DNA of 64,000 bases from Vicinamibacterales bacterium (GTDB lineage Bacteria; Acidobacteriota; Vicinamibacteria; Vicinamibacterales; UBA8438), in assembly GCA_965262985.1 (NCBI GenBank), contig OZ253576.1, forward strand, positions 5,641,213 to 5,705,212, read 5' to 3'. Both the position numbers and the translations under genes were made by a program. The notes below the pieces were generated by a model that saw only the letters and a list, made by a program, of their open reading frames with translations, did not search any database and was not told where the DNA came from. Of this stretch, positions 40,921 through 52,428 are shown piece by piece. The number at the start of each line of letters is the position of its first letter. The first letter of the stretch is position 1.

Positions 40921-43339
40921 GCCTGCCCGTGCCCCACAACTTTTCGCTGAACTTTATGAAGCCACTTCGCTACTGTAGCCAGCGTGGAGGTTCAGAATCA
41001 GGTTGGGCGCAGCCTGCGGGGCGACCTCGCCCGACTGCGCGACGTGCTGGACGGCGCGGTATCGCAAGGCGTTGACAGCCTCGGGCAGGTCGCCGATCGC
41101 GTTTGTGAAGCGTTCGATTTTCGCGATGGGCGCGGCCGGTGGCAGCGCGCGAGTTGCTGCGCGGCGTTGGCCGACCTGGAGGCAGCAGGCCACGTTTCGC
41201 TGCCTCGATGTCGGCGCGCTGGCGGTGGTGTGCACCGCGCGCGTGTGCTCCCGCACCCGGTGGCGCCGGCAGTGGACGTGCCCGACACGGTCGGCGCGCT
41301 GCGGGACCTGACGTTGGTGCGGGTGGAGACCGACGGGCAGCGCCGGGTCTGGAACACGCTGATGGCGCACGAGCACCCGCGCGGCGCCGGGCCGTTTGTC
41401 GGTCCGAAACTGCGGTATCTGGTGAGTTCGGCGCATGGCTGGCTGGGCGGCGTCGGGTTCGCGGCGTGTGCGCGGCGCCTGCGGGCCCGCGACGCCTGGA
41501 TCGGCTGGGACGATGGGCGCCGGCGCACTCACCTGCACCGGGTGCTGGGACTGTGCCGGCTGCTGGTGCGCCCCGGCATCTGCTGCCGCAACCTGGCCTC
41601 GCACGTGTTGGGCCGGGCCGCACGGGCGGTCGGCGACGACTGCGAGCGTCTCCACGGCTATCGCCCCTGGCTGCTGGAGACGTTCGTCGACGAGGCCGAA
41701 CACACGGGGGCGAGCGTGCGCGCGGCGAACTGGGTTCGGGTGGGTGAGACCTTCGGGCGCGGGCGCCAGGACCGCACGCACGCGGCGCCGGAAACGCGCA
41801 AGGCAGTGTATATGTACGCCTTGGAGCCGGCGTGGCGCGCACGCCTCGCAGTGCCCGCAGCGGGCATTGCGCCGCTGGCGGCGGGCGCTGGGCTCGACGC
41901 CGCGTGCTGGGCGGGCCACGAGTTCGGCGGGGCGCCGCTGGGCGACGTGCGCCTGAGCGCGCGCCTGGTCCAGAGCGCGCAACATATGGCACAGTGCCCG
42001 CAGCGCGCCATCACCGGTGCCACCAACGGAGCGCGCGCCTTGGTCAAGGGACATTACCGGCTGATCGACCAGCCCGCCGACAGCGCGGTGACGGTCGAGA
42101 ACATTCTCGAGCCGCATCGCGAGCGCACGCTGCGCCGGATGCGCGCGCACGACACGGTGCTGTGCATCCAGGACGGCACCCGTCTGAACTTCACCCGGCG
42201 CAGCCAGACGCAGGGGCTGGGGGCCATCGGCTCGAACCAGACCGGCGCCGTGGCCCGCGGCCTGCACCTGCATACGACGCTGGCGGTCGACCCCGACGGG
42301 GTGGCGCTGGGCGTGCTGCGGGCCGCCTTCGACGCGCCCGCGCCCCCCAACCCCGACGAGAAAGACAAGCCGAAGCCGCGCGAGGCGCGGACGTCGTTCC
42401 GCTGGGTCGAAGGGCTGCGCGACTTGGCGCAGGCGGCCGAGCGGCTGCCCGAAACCCGCGTGGTGTGCACGATGGACCGCGAGGTCGACTTCCTCGACCT
42501 GTTCCTCGAGCGCCGCGCGCACGCCCCGCAGGTCGACCTGCTGGTCCGCGCGAAGGTCGACCGCGTCGTGGGCACGGAGAAGACGCCCGACGGGCAGACG
42601 GTCTCGCGCCGTCTGTTCGACCAGGTGCGCAACGCGCCGGCCCGTGGCGCCGCCACGGTCGCGGTGCAGCGGCTGAGCGCGCGGGCGAAAGCCAGCAAAC
42701 AGGCCCGCAAGGACCGCCGGGCGGCGCGCGTCGCCGAGGTGACACTGCGCTACCAGCAGGTGGCGCTGCCCGCCCCCGGGGCCACGCCGGTCGAGCTGTG
42801 GGTCGTCCATGTGCGCGAGCAACAGCCGCCGCCCACGGCCGAGCCGCTGGAGTGGTTCCTGCTGACCACGCTGCGGGTGACCAGCACCGCCGACGCCACG
42901 CGCATCCTGCGCTGGTATGCCCTGCGCTGGCGCATCGAAGAGTACTTCCGGGTTCTCAAGTCCGGCTGCAAGGTCGAAGAATTGCAGCACCACGCGGCCG
43001 AGCGGCTCGAACGGGCCATGGCCATCAAGATGGTCATCGGGTGGCGCATCCAGTTGATGGTCCAACTCGGGCGCGAGGTGCCTGACCTGCCGGGCGACCT
43101 GCTGTTCTCCGATGGCGAGTTGCGCGTGCTCGCCACCTTCGCCCGCTCGCGCACGCTGCCGCCACCCACGCGCCTCGGCGGGTGGCTCGGGCGCACGCGC
43201 GACCCGCCCGGCGCGCAACTCCTGTGGCACGGCTACACCCAACTCGTCGCCATGGCCTTCGCCTTCGAACTGCGGGACGAATACGGATGACCTCACACTC
43301 ATTACAAGTCCAGCCGGAAGATCTGGGGCACGGGCAGGG
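40921..43339 (+). mobile_element. IS4-family element A: transposase with an N-terminal DUF4338 (DruA-like) domain
   Basis: 16-bp TIR gcctgcccgtgcccca / tggggcacgggcaggg, CTAG on both sides. IQDGT, MDRE, W.LLTT, Y..RWRIEEYFR.LKSGC (YREK) motifs. N-terminus has RYLV...LGGVGF...WIGWD...NLASHVL...LLETFVD. Confidence 0.92.
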
Positions 43340-43343
43340 CTAG

Positions 43344-45792
43344 GCCTGCCCGTGCCCCATAACTTTTCGCTGGACTTCATGAAGCCACTTCGCTACGGTG
43401 GCGAGCATGGAGATTCAGAATCAGGTTGGGCACAGCCTGCGGGGCAACCTCACCCGACTGCGCGATGTGCTGGACGGCGCGGTATCGCAGGGCATTGGCA
43501 GCCTCGGGCAGGTCGCCGATCGTGTCTGTGAAGCGTTCGATTTCCGCGATGGACGCGGCCGGTGGCAGCGCGCGAGCTGCTGCGCGGCGTTGGCCGACCT
43601 CGAGGCGGCAGGCCACGTCTCGCTGCCTCGGGGTCGGCCCTCTCGCGGCGGTGTGTGGCGCCCGCGTGTGCTCCCGCACCCGGTGGCGCCGGCGGCTGAC
43701 GTGCCTGACACGGTCGGCGAGGTTCGGGACTTGGCGCTGGTGCGGGTGGAGACCGACGAGCAGCGCCGGGTCTGGAACACGCTGATGGTGCATGAGCACC
43801 CGCGCGGCGCCGGGCCCTTTGTCGGCCACCAACTGCGTTATCTGGTAGGCTCCGGGCATGGCTGGCTGGGCGGGGTCGGGTTCGCAGCAAGCGCGCGGCG
43901 TCTGCGGGCTCGCGACGCCTGGATCGGCTGGGACGACACGCGTCGGCGCGCCCACCTGCACCGGGTGCTGGGACTGTGCCGGTTGCTGGTGCGCCCCGGC
44001 ATCTGCTGCCGCAACCTGGCCTCGCACGTCTTGGGCCGGGCCGCACGGGCGGTCGGCGACGACTTCGCGCGTCTCCACGGCTATCGCCCCTGGCTGCTGG
44101 AGACGTTCGTCGACGAGACCGCACACGCCGGGGCGAGCGTGCGCGCGGCCAACTGGGTTCGGGTGGGTGAGACCAGCGGGCGCGGGCGTCAGGACCGCAC
44201 GCACGCGGCGTCGAAAACGCGTAAGGCCGTGTATATGTACGCGTTGGCGCCGGGATGGCGCGACCTCCTCCAGGCGCCCGCAGCGGGCGTGGCGCCGCTG
44301 GCGGCGGGCGATGGGCTCGACGCCGAGTCCTGGGCCGGCCACGAGTTCGGCGGGGCGCGGCTGGGCGACGCGCGGCTGAGCGCGCGCCTGGTCCTGAGCG
44401 CCCAGCAGATGGCCGAGTCTCCGATGCGCGCCATCACCGGCGCCACGAACGGCGAGAGAGCCTTGGTGAAGGGACATTACCGGCTGATCGACCAGCCCGC
44501 CGAGAGCGCGGTGACGGTCGAGAACATTCTCGCTCCCCATCGCGAGCGCACGCTGCGACGGATGCGCGGGCACGACACGGTGCTGTGCATACAGGACGGC
44601 ACCCGTCTGAACTTCACCCGGCGCAGCCAGACGCAGGGGCTGGGGGCCATCGGCTCGAACCAGACCGGCGCCGTGGCCCGCGGCCTGCACCTGCATACGA
44701 CGCTGGCGGTCGATCCCGACGGGGTGGCGCTGGGCGTGCTGCGGGCCGCCTTCGACGCGCCCGCGCCCCCGAACCCCGACGAGAAAGACAAGCCCAAGCC
44801 GCGCGAGGCGCGGACGTCGTTCCGCTGGGTCGAAGGGCTGCGCGACTTGGCGCAGGCGGCCGAGCGGCTGCCCGAAACCCGCGTGGTATGCACGATGGAC
44901 CGCGAGGCCGACTTCCTCGACCTGTTCCTCGAGCGCCGCGCGCACGCCCCGCAGGTCGACCTGCTGGTCCGCGCGAAGGTCGACCGCGTCGTGGGCACGG
45001 AGAAGACACCCGACGGGCAGACGGTCTCGCGCCGTCTGTTCGACCAGGTGCGCAACGCGCCGGCCCGCGGCGCCGCCACGGTCGCGGTGCAGCGGCTGAG
45101 CGCGCGGGCGAAAGCCAGCAAACAGGCCCGCAAGGACCGCCGGGCGGCGCGCGTCGCCGAGGTGACGCTGCGCTACCAGCAGGTGGCGCTGCCCGCCCCC
45201 GGGGCCACGCCGGTCGAGCTGTGGGTCGTCCATGTGCGCGAGCAACAGCCGCCGCCCACGGCCGAGCCGCTGGAGTGGTTCCTGCTGACCACGCTGCGTG
45301 TGACCAGCACCGCCGACGCCACGCGCATCCTGCGCTGGTATGCCCTGCGCTGGCGCATCGAAGAGTACTTCCGGGTTCTCAAGTCCGGCTGCAAGGTCGA
45401 AGAATTGCAGCACCACGCGGCCGAGCGGCTCGAACGGGCCATGGCCATCAAGATGGTCATCGGGTGGCGCATCCAGTTGATGGTCCAACTCGGGCGCGAG
45501 GTGCCTGACCTGCCGGGCGACCTGCTGTTCTCCGATGGCGAGTTGCGCGTGCTCGCCACCTTCGCCCGCTCGCGCACGCTGCCGCCACCCACGCGCCTCG
45601 GCGACGCCGTCGGTCTGGTCGGGCGTCTCGGCGGGTGGCTCGGGCGCACGCGCGACCCGCCCGGCGCGCAACTCCTGTGGCACGGCTACACCCAGCTCGT
45701 CGCCATGGCCTTCGCCTTCGAACTGCGGGACGAATACGGATGACCTCACACTCATTACAAGTCCAGCCGGAAGATCTGGGGCACGGGCAGGG
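43344..45792 (+). mobile_element. IS4-family element B (tandem with A), DUF4338-fused transposase 43398-45743
   Basis: Same TIRs; CTAG at 43340-43343 and 45793-45796. Confidence 0.93.
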
Positions 45793-46489
45793 CTAGGCCG
45801 CGGCACGGGACGCGGTGTATGCTAATCCGTGGCGGATTCGAGGCGCGCGCGGGACACGGTTGCTGCGGCAGCGGGACGAGCTGCTGGAACGGCCGAACCC
45901 GCCTCTCTACGAGACCGGCGGGATGCGCCGCGTGCATCTGTGCGGGCATCCCAATATCCGGAAGCGGCTGCTCGTCCAGATCTGCGGCGTCAATCTCGGG
46001 ATTCTCATGCGGCACCTGACGGGCGTAGGCACGCCGCGGAGCGTCTTGCGCGCTGATCGGGCTCCTGCGCGGGTGCTGGCGGCGTATGCGGCGATTCTGG
46101 GCCCCGGAGCGCAACGATCGGCCGGATTCTTCGTGGGGTAGACCGGCGTCACATCAACAATGGACACGCGATCCTCGACTGACGAATTGCCCCTTTTGAC
46201 ACGGGCTCCTAGGCTCTGCGCGCATTTCTTGTTACTCTACGTGTCGGCAGCAGACCTTCGGCGGCGCTGGCTGGTCGTTCGCGATGACGGACACCTGTTT
46301 CACATCAAAAACGTGGAGGATCGACCGCTGGGCGTTTGGCGCGCGCTGGGAGTCCAACTGGACACCGACGGCGTTCGTCGGCTCAATCGATCATCGCCAA
46401 ACTGTCTGAATAGGCGGGCTCAGCGAACCGACTTCTTCCACGGGCTGTTAGACCCACCACGCCACGACATCTAGCGACGTGAGACGATC

Positions 46490-48993
46490 GTGAAGAGCAC
46501 ATACAGCCTCATCCCCACGCACCAGATTGACTTCGACCGCGAGAACCCGAGGATCAAGGTTGCTCTTGAGAAGTACGGCGACAAGCTCGACGATCGACGC
46601 ATCCGCTTCGCACTACAGACGGCCACGGAAGGATCCACCAGCGCTTCGTCCTACCGATCTCTAAAGGACTCCATCAGAGCGGCGCGAGGTATCTCGGTGC
46701 CTATCGTCGTGTGGCCGGACAACGGTCGATTTGTGTGCGTCGACGGCAATACTCGCCTAGCAGCCCGTGGTGAAAGTCCCCCATTCCAGGGATCGACATG
46801 ATCGGTCCTGTGTCCTACACTGTCGTGCATGGCGATGGGGACAAGCCGCGGTCGAACGCGGCAAGCGACGATGTGGGTGCCCACGGCGGATCTGCCGAAG
46901 AGCGCGGGGCACCCGTTTTACGAGCGGCTGAATCGGGTGCTCGACGAGGCGGGGTTCGATGCGTTCGTGGAAGCGCAGTGCGCATCGTTCTACGCGGACG
47001 GGGTCGGTCGGCCGAGTCTGGCGCCGGGCCGGTATTTCCGGCTGCTGTTGCTCGGCTACTTCGAAGGGCTGGATTCGGAACGGGCAATCGCGTGGCGCGC
47101 CGCCGACTCTCTGAGCATTCGCACGTTTCTGGACTTCGCCCTCCACGAGGCCCCGCCGGACCACTCGACGCTGTCGCGCACCCGTCGCCTGATTGACCTC
47201 GAGACCCACCAGGCGGTGTTTACCTGGGTGTTGCAGCGACTGGCCGACGCCTCGCTGGTGGTGGGGCGCACGGTGGGGATCGATGCCACGACGCTGGAAG
47301 CCAATGCGGCGATGCGGAGCATCGTGCGACGGGACACGGGCGAGAGCTACGACGCATTTCTGACCCGGCTGGCCGAGGCGTCCGGCCTCTCGACGCCGAC
47401 GCGCGCCGAGTTGGCCCGGTTCGACCGGACCCGCAAGAAGAAGGGCTCGAACGCGGACTGGACCCACCCGCACGATCCGGACGCGAAGATCGCCAAGATG
47501 AAGGACGGCCGCACGCATCTGGCGCACACCGCCGAGCATGCGGTCGACCTGGAAACAGGCGCCATCGTGGGCGTGACGGTGCAGGACGCGAGTGCGGGCG
47601 ACACGACGACCCTGGTCGACACGCTCGTCACGGCTGCCGAGCAGGTCGAGGCGGTCGGCGCGCCGGGGATCGCGGAGGTCGTGGCCGACAAGGGGTATCA
47701 CAGTAACGAGACGATGGTCGGGTTTGCGGCCATCGGCGTCCGCAGCTACGTCTCGGAGCCGGACCGCGGCCGACGGCACTGGAAGGGCCAGGCGGCCGCG
47801 CGGGACGCGGTGTATGCCAACCGCCGGCGGATCCGAGGCGCACGCGGGAAACGGCTGCTGCGGCAGCGGGGCGAGCTGGTGGAACGGCCCAACGCGCATC
47901 TCTACGAGACCGGCCGGATGCGCCGCGTGCATCTGCGCGGGCATCCCAACGTCCTGAAACGGCTGCTCGTCCAGGTCTGCGGCGTCAATCTCGGGTTGCT
48001 CATGCGGCACTTGACGGGTGTGGGCACGCCGCGGAGCCTCCAGGGCCGCGCGGCGGCGCGTCTTGGCGCGCTGATCGGCCTCCTGAGCGGCTGCTGGGGG
48101 CGTATACGGCGCTTCTGGGCCCCGGAGCGCCATGATCGGCCGGATTCGTCGTGGGATGGTCCGGCGACACGCCAATACGGACACGCGATTCTCGATTGAC
48201 AATCAGCCCCTTCTGCCACGGGCTGCTAGCAATTTACCAAGAGCTCCACGATGAAAGCGCCCTCGGCGACTGGGCCGCCATTAACTGCCTCGTGCTCGAC
48301 AATCCCGACCAGCGGGACATCGAGACGATCCGGGTCACCGCGCACCTCGTCGGCGCACGTGAATGGCCCGCCTACGAGAAGGCACGATACCTTCACCACC
48401 TACGCAACGTGGAGTTCATGGACTACGACGAGCTCATCGCGCGGTGTGGGGGCAACAAGAAGACGATCACTCGGCAAATCGACGCCTACCACGACATGAA
48501 CGAGTTCTACCGCGACGTCAACAGCGACGACGCGTTTAAGGTCGATCGATTCAGCGGCTTTGTCGAGCTCCAGAACACGGACGTAAAGGACTCCATCTAC
48601 AGCGCGGGTTTCAACCTCCACGACTTCGGCCGATGGATACGCGACGGCCAGATATACCGACTGGCCGACGTTCGAAAGCTTCCCCGCGTTCTTGCCGACG
48701 ACGAGGCGAAAGACACCTTTGTCAACGGCGGCATCCGATCAATCGAAGACGCCATCGCCGTTGCCGAGACCAACCGTCAAAAGGACATCCATACTTCGTC
48801 GGCCGACACCACCGTCGCCAACGCCAGCATGGCGGTGTTGGCCGAGGCGCTGATTAAGAAGGTCAAGGCCCTGCCGCGAGAGGACTACCTTGCCCTCCGC
48901 GACAGGCAATACGAGACCGCGAACCAGGACGTGGACACCCTGAGCGACCTCGCTGAGCATCTTCACGACCTGCTCCAAGATGTCTCAAAGTAA
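46490..48993 (+). pseudogene. ParB/Srx-like protein A (46490-46760 + 48230-48993; 344 aa reconstructed), interrupted by an IS1182-like element
   Basis: ENPR...SI...PIVV...VDGNTRL then, across CTAG, AIYQELH...HLVGAREWPAYEKA. Removing the IS and one CTAG restores the frame. Confidence 0.85.
46761..48225 (+). mobile_element. IS1182/IS5-like element copy 1 (1465 bp; transposase 46829-48199)
   Basis: TIR cagcccgtgg..aag at both ends, CTAG duplication (46757-46760 and 48226-48229); GRPSLAP, PDHSTLSR, GIDAT, VADKGY motifs. Confidence 0.93.
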
Positions 48994-49432
48994 TGCGCAC
49001 CGTCGGCTAGTCGTCGCCGCCGCACAAGCCATACAACATCGCTATCCGACGATGCACATCACAACGGACCTCCTCGACGCTCCCGGCGACCCGGTGCCCC
49101 CGCTTATCGGCGGCTACCGTCCCGACATCATTGCCCGATGCACCGCCGCCTATCTCCAGTTCGTCATCGCGGAAGCGAAGACCGACGGCGACATCGACAA
49201 CCAACATACTCGGAGTCAGATCGGTGCCTTCGTGGACCATCTGGATGCCATGACAACGGGCACCGGGGTCTTTATCTTGGCCGTCAACGGACACGTCGCA
49301 GATTCAGGGAGGACGGTACTCCGCTTCGCGTGCCGCCAACGCGTGTCGTCCCGACTCCACATAAGACTGTTCGACGGCCTCGACTTCTGGACCCTGGGTT
49401 CCCTTGGAGCACCCCTATGGCGTTTGTTCTGA
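48980..49432 (+). CDS. Small PD-(D/E)xK-like (restriction-endonuclease-fold) protein
   Basis: YRPDII...VIAEAKT pattern; overlaps both neighbours. The fold call is inference. Confidence 0.6.
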   Translation: MSQSNAHRRLVVAAAQAIQHRYPTMHITTDLLDAPGDPVPPLIGGYRPDIIARCTAAYLQFVIAEAKTDGDIDNQHTRSQIGAFVDHLDAMTTGTGVFILAVNGHVADSGRTVLRFACRQRVSSRLHIRLFDGLDFWTLGSLGAPLWRLF

Positions 49433-50919
49433 GGCGCCAGCCCGAACTTTCGCCAACGCACGCGGCGTATCCCTACCAGCTCGACGCCTTCCGAGCCGTC
49501 AAGGATCTCCCGTACGCCGCCATCTTCCATGAGCAGGGTCTCGGAAAAACCAAGATCGCGATCGACCTAGCCCTGCAATGGCTGCAGAGCGATGCCGTGG
49601 ACACCGTGTTCATCGTCACGAAGAAATCGCTGGTGGAGAACTGGCGGAACGAAGTTGCGCGGCACTGTCACATCACACCGCACATACTGTCCGGCAACCG
49701 AGCCGAGAACAGCGCGTCCCTCAACTCGCCCGTACTCCTCTACGTCACCAACTACGAAGTCATCGCGGCTAATGGTCCGATCATCAGACTGTTCCTGCAG
49801 ACTTGCCGTGTCGGCTGCATCCTCGACGAGAGCCAGAAGATCAAGAACCCCGAAGCCGCCCTGACGCGCACGTTCCACGACGTGGCCTCGTCCTTCGAGC
49901 GGCGGGTCATCATGACCGGCACTCCCGTGGCGAACCGTCCGTACGACATCTGGGCGCAGATCAAGTTCCTGGATGGCGGCGAAGCGCTCGGCGACACCTT
50001 CGACGCATTCAAGCAGCAAATGGACTTGCCCACCAGGCACTCGGCAGTGGCCGACTATGGCAGCCGCCTGTCCACGATCCATCAACGTCTCGCCCAGTTC
50101 ACAGTTCGGGAGACCAAGGACACCGCGGGCATCCATCTACCTGAGAAAATCATAACTTCCCACTATGTGGACTTGCCCCCCTGGCAGATGGCGACGTACG
50201 CTGCCTACCGTGACGAACTCGCTTACGAGTACGACACCGACGGCGTTGTCGAAATCGACAACGTTGACAGCATACTCAAGCGACTCCTGCGCCTCGTCCA
50301 ATGCGCCTCGAATCCAGCGCTCATTGATGGGCGCTACGAGCACGACCCGGCGAAGTTCCCTCTGCTCCTCGATATGTGCCAAGAGTTCACGGGGGGATCC
50401 AAGTTGATCATCTGGACTGGATTCGTCGACAATGTCAACTGGCTCGCCGGCAAGCTCGCTGAGTTTGACCCTGTATGCATACACGGCAGTTTGCCCATGC
50501 ACCAGCGAAACCACGCTGTGCAATCCTTCACCAACTCATCCAACTTAGTCCTTATCGCGACGCCCGGCGCTGCCAAGGAGGGTCTTACGCTGACCGTCGC
50601 AAACCACGCCATCTTTTTCGATCGCGGCTTCGGCCTCGACGACTATCTGCAGGCACAGGACCGGATCCACCGAATCTCCCAGACACGCGAGTGCTTCATC
50701 CACAATCTCATTGCCAACGAGACCATCGACGAATGGGTCGACGTCCTGCTCATGGCGAAGTACCGAGCCGCGCAACTCGCCCAGGGCGACATCAACGCCG
50801 CGGCCTTCCGCGACTCCTTCCGCACGGACATCTCCGAAGTGCTCCAAGGTGTCTTGTTTCCCGATCGAGCCACATTCCCCCATCAAACTTCCGAAGAACC
50901 CGAGACCACAGACCGATGA
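49417..50919 (+). CDS. SNF2-family helicase/translocase (500 aa)
   Basis: YPYQ, EQGLGKT, LDESQKIKN, MTGTP, AKEGLTLT, QAQDRIHRISQ. Confidence 0.9.
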   Translation: MAFVLRRQPELSPTHAAYPYQLDAFRAVKDLPYAAIFHEQGLGKTKIAIDLALQWLQSDAVDTVFIVTKKSLVENWRNEVARHCHITPHILSGNRAENSASLNSPVLLYVTNYEVIAANGPIIRLFLQTCRVGCILDESQKIKNPEAALTRTFHDVASSFERRVIMTGTPVANRPYDIWAQIKFLDGGEALGDTFDAFKQQMDLPTRHSAVADYGSRLSTIHQRLAQFTVRETKDTAGIHLPEKIITSHYVDLPPWQMATYAAYRDELAYEYDTDGVVEIDNVDSILKRLLRLVQCASNPALIDGRYEHDPAKFPLLLDMCQEFTGGSKLIIWTGFVDNVNWLAGKLAEFDPVCIHGSLPMHQRNHAVQSFTNSSNLVLIATPGAAKEGLTLTVANHAIFFDRGFGLDDYLQAQDRIHRISQTRECFIHNLIANETIDEWVDVLLMAKYRAAQLAQGDINAAAFRDSFRTDISEVLQGVLFPDRATFPHQTSEEPETTDR

Positions 50920-51651
50920 ATCCCGACGACAAGACGACCATCGCCATAATGGGGGAGGACGTTCCCGCCCGCTACGAGCAAGTCTCCATCGATCAGCTCC
51001 ACTTCCTACCCGACAACCCCCGCGTATACGCCGCCATCCGAGAAATGGAGGATTTCGCCGACCTCACCCCTGACGAGAAGCAAATCCGCATCTACGAGCG
51101 CCTCCTCCAGGAACCAAGCGTCAAGAACCTCATCCCCGAGATCAAGCGGGACGGTGGCCTACAGGATCCCATCATTATCCGTCACGACACTCGCCAAGTC
51201 ATCGAAGGCAACTCTCGGCTTGCCGCCTACCGGAAGTTGAGAGACGACACCAACGATGATCGATGGACTTACATCCGTTGCCTTGTCGTATCCACTCTCA
51301 CTGACGATCAGCAAACCCGCCTCCTGGGCCAGACGCACTTACACGGGAGAACGGAGTGGTCCCCCTATGCCAAGGCCCTATTTTGCTTCCGCTGGGTCGA
51401 GGAGGACAGGAAGGACATCTCTACCTTGGCGCTGCTCTCCGGATTTACCGACGCCGAAATTAGGAAGAACGTCGGCATCATCCAACTAATGAAGCAGAAC
51501 GACGACGACAAGCTTTCGCATTTCAGCTACTACAATGTCCTCGTTCGCAGCAAAGTCATCTCTTCCGCCACGAGGCAAAACCCGAACTTGAAGCGCACGG
51601 TGTTTTCCCAAATTAGGGGGATTATATCGCAAAGTGCCCAAACGCGATCAG

Positions 51652-51843
51652 TTAGGCGTTAGGATCTTCGATGATTCGGACGGGGGTCATCACGGCTTTG
51701 CAGAGGATCTGCGGCGTGGTGCCCGCTGGCAGCCTGATCAGTTCCTCCATCTCGTACTTGCTCGGCTGGTAGGTCGTCGGTTTGACGCGGATCTCGCGCC
51801 TTGGCGTGTCGGGAGACACCTTCATTTTCAGATTCATCTTCAT
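51652..51843 (-). CDS. IS1595 cargo microprotein (63 aa)
   Basis: YQPSKYEMEE...GTTPQILCKAVMTP; 3 bp downstream of 51847-52128. Confidence 0.55.
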   Translation of the reverse strand: MKMNLKMKVSPDTPRREIRVKPTTYQPSKYEMEELIRLPAGTTPQILCKAVMTPVRIIEDPNA

Positions 51844-51846
51844 CGG

Positions 51847-52128
51847 TCAGTCATTCCCCTTCGCGGCGCGCGGCAGGGAGGACGGCAGACCGCCTCCGAT
51901 GGCTGGCACGCCCTCCGTGCCTACCTCGGACGCGACCCGGGTGACCACTTTCTCCACACTCGTGAGACGCGTATTCATCGAGTGGACTTCGATGGTCAGT
52001 TCGCCGATCTGGCTGGCGAGGTTCTGCTGACCCTCTTCCACCCGCTCGAGCCGGGTGTCGATGCCGTCGAACCGCTTGTTCATGCTCGCCGCCAGTGCGT
52101 CCAGTCGTTCTCCTAGGTCATCAGACAT
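51847..52128 (-). CDS. IS1595 cargo coiled-coil protein (93 aa)
   Basis: RGGAGA-like RBS; heptads RFDGIDTRLERVEEG...MNTRLTSVE. Confidence 0.65.
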   Translation of the reverse strand: MSDDLGERLDALAASMNKRFDGIDTRLERVEEGQQNLASQIGELTIEVHSMNTRLTSVEKVVTRVASEVGTEGVPAIGGGLPSSLPRAAKGND

Positions 52129-52428
52129 CAGGCGTATCTCCTTTTAAATCAGCAGATGCAATGTTGCGTTGTGGTGCAGTGTGGGCACTTGGTCACCACA
52201 ACCACACCACTCAAATATCACGGTTCAGTTGGCGCGTCAATGTGATACGCTCATGCCGCTGGACAATGGTGTGCGCGGCCTAACATCGGGCCGCCTGCTC
52301 AATATAATACCCGCTCTCGCGGGGAACAGGTGGGAGTCTGCACGACACGCGTGCGCCCTGTCCAGCAAACCGGCCCGGTGACCATTTTACCGGGATCTTT
52401 CGGGGCTGGATGATTAAAGGAGAGTGCC

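Larger units (their letters stand above)
40888..46208 (+). mobile_element. Relic 3' part of an IS1182-like element (40888-40916 + 45797-46208), split by the tandem IS4 pair
   Basis: Joining the flanks gives DRGRRHW.../AARDAVYAN..RIRG, matching the intact transposase at 46829. It ends in cacgggctc-CTAG, a degenerate right end. Confidence 0.8.

Noticed and set aside
40984-45743. Druantia defence system
   Set aside because: DUF4338 is fused to IS4 transposases within TIRs, and no DruE helicase or other Dru genes are present.
40954-45806. 808/809-aa minus-strand ORFs, and similar long shadow ORFs (46757-48202, 56793-58238, 23627-25588, 24079-27063, 4666-6705, 8443-10398)
   Set aside because: Antisense or alternate-frame shadows of real genes in GC-rich DNA; Arg/Ala/Pro-rich with no motifs.
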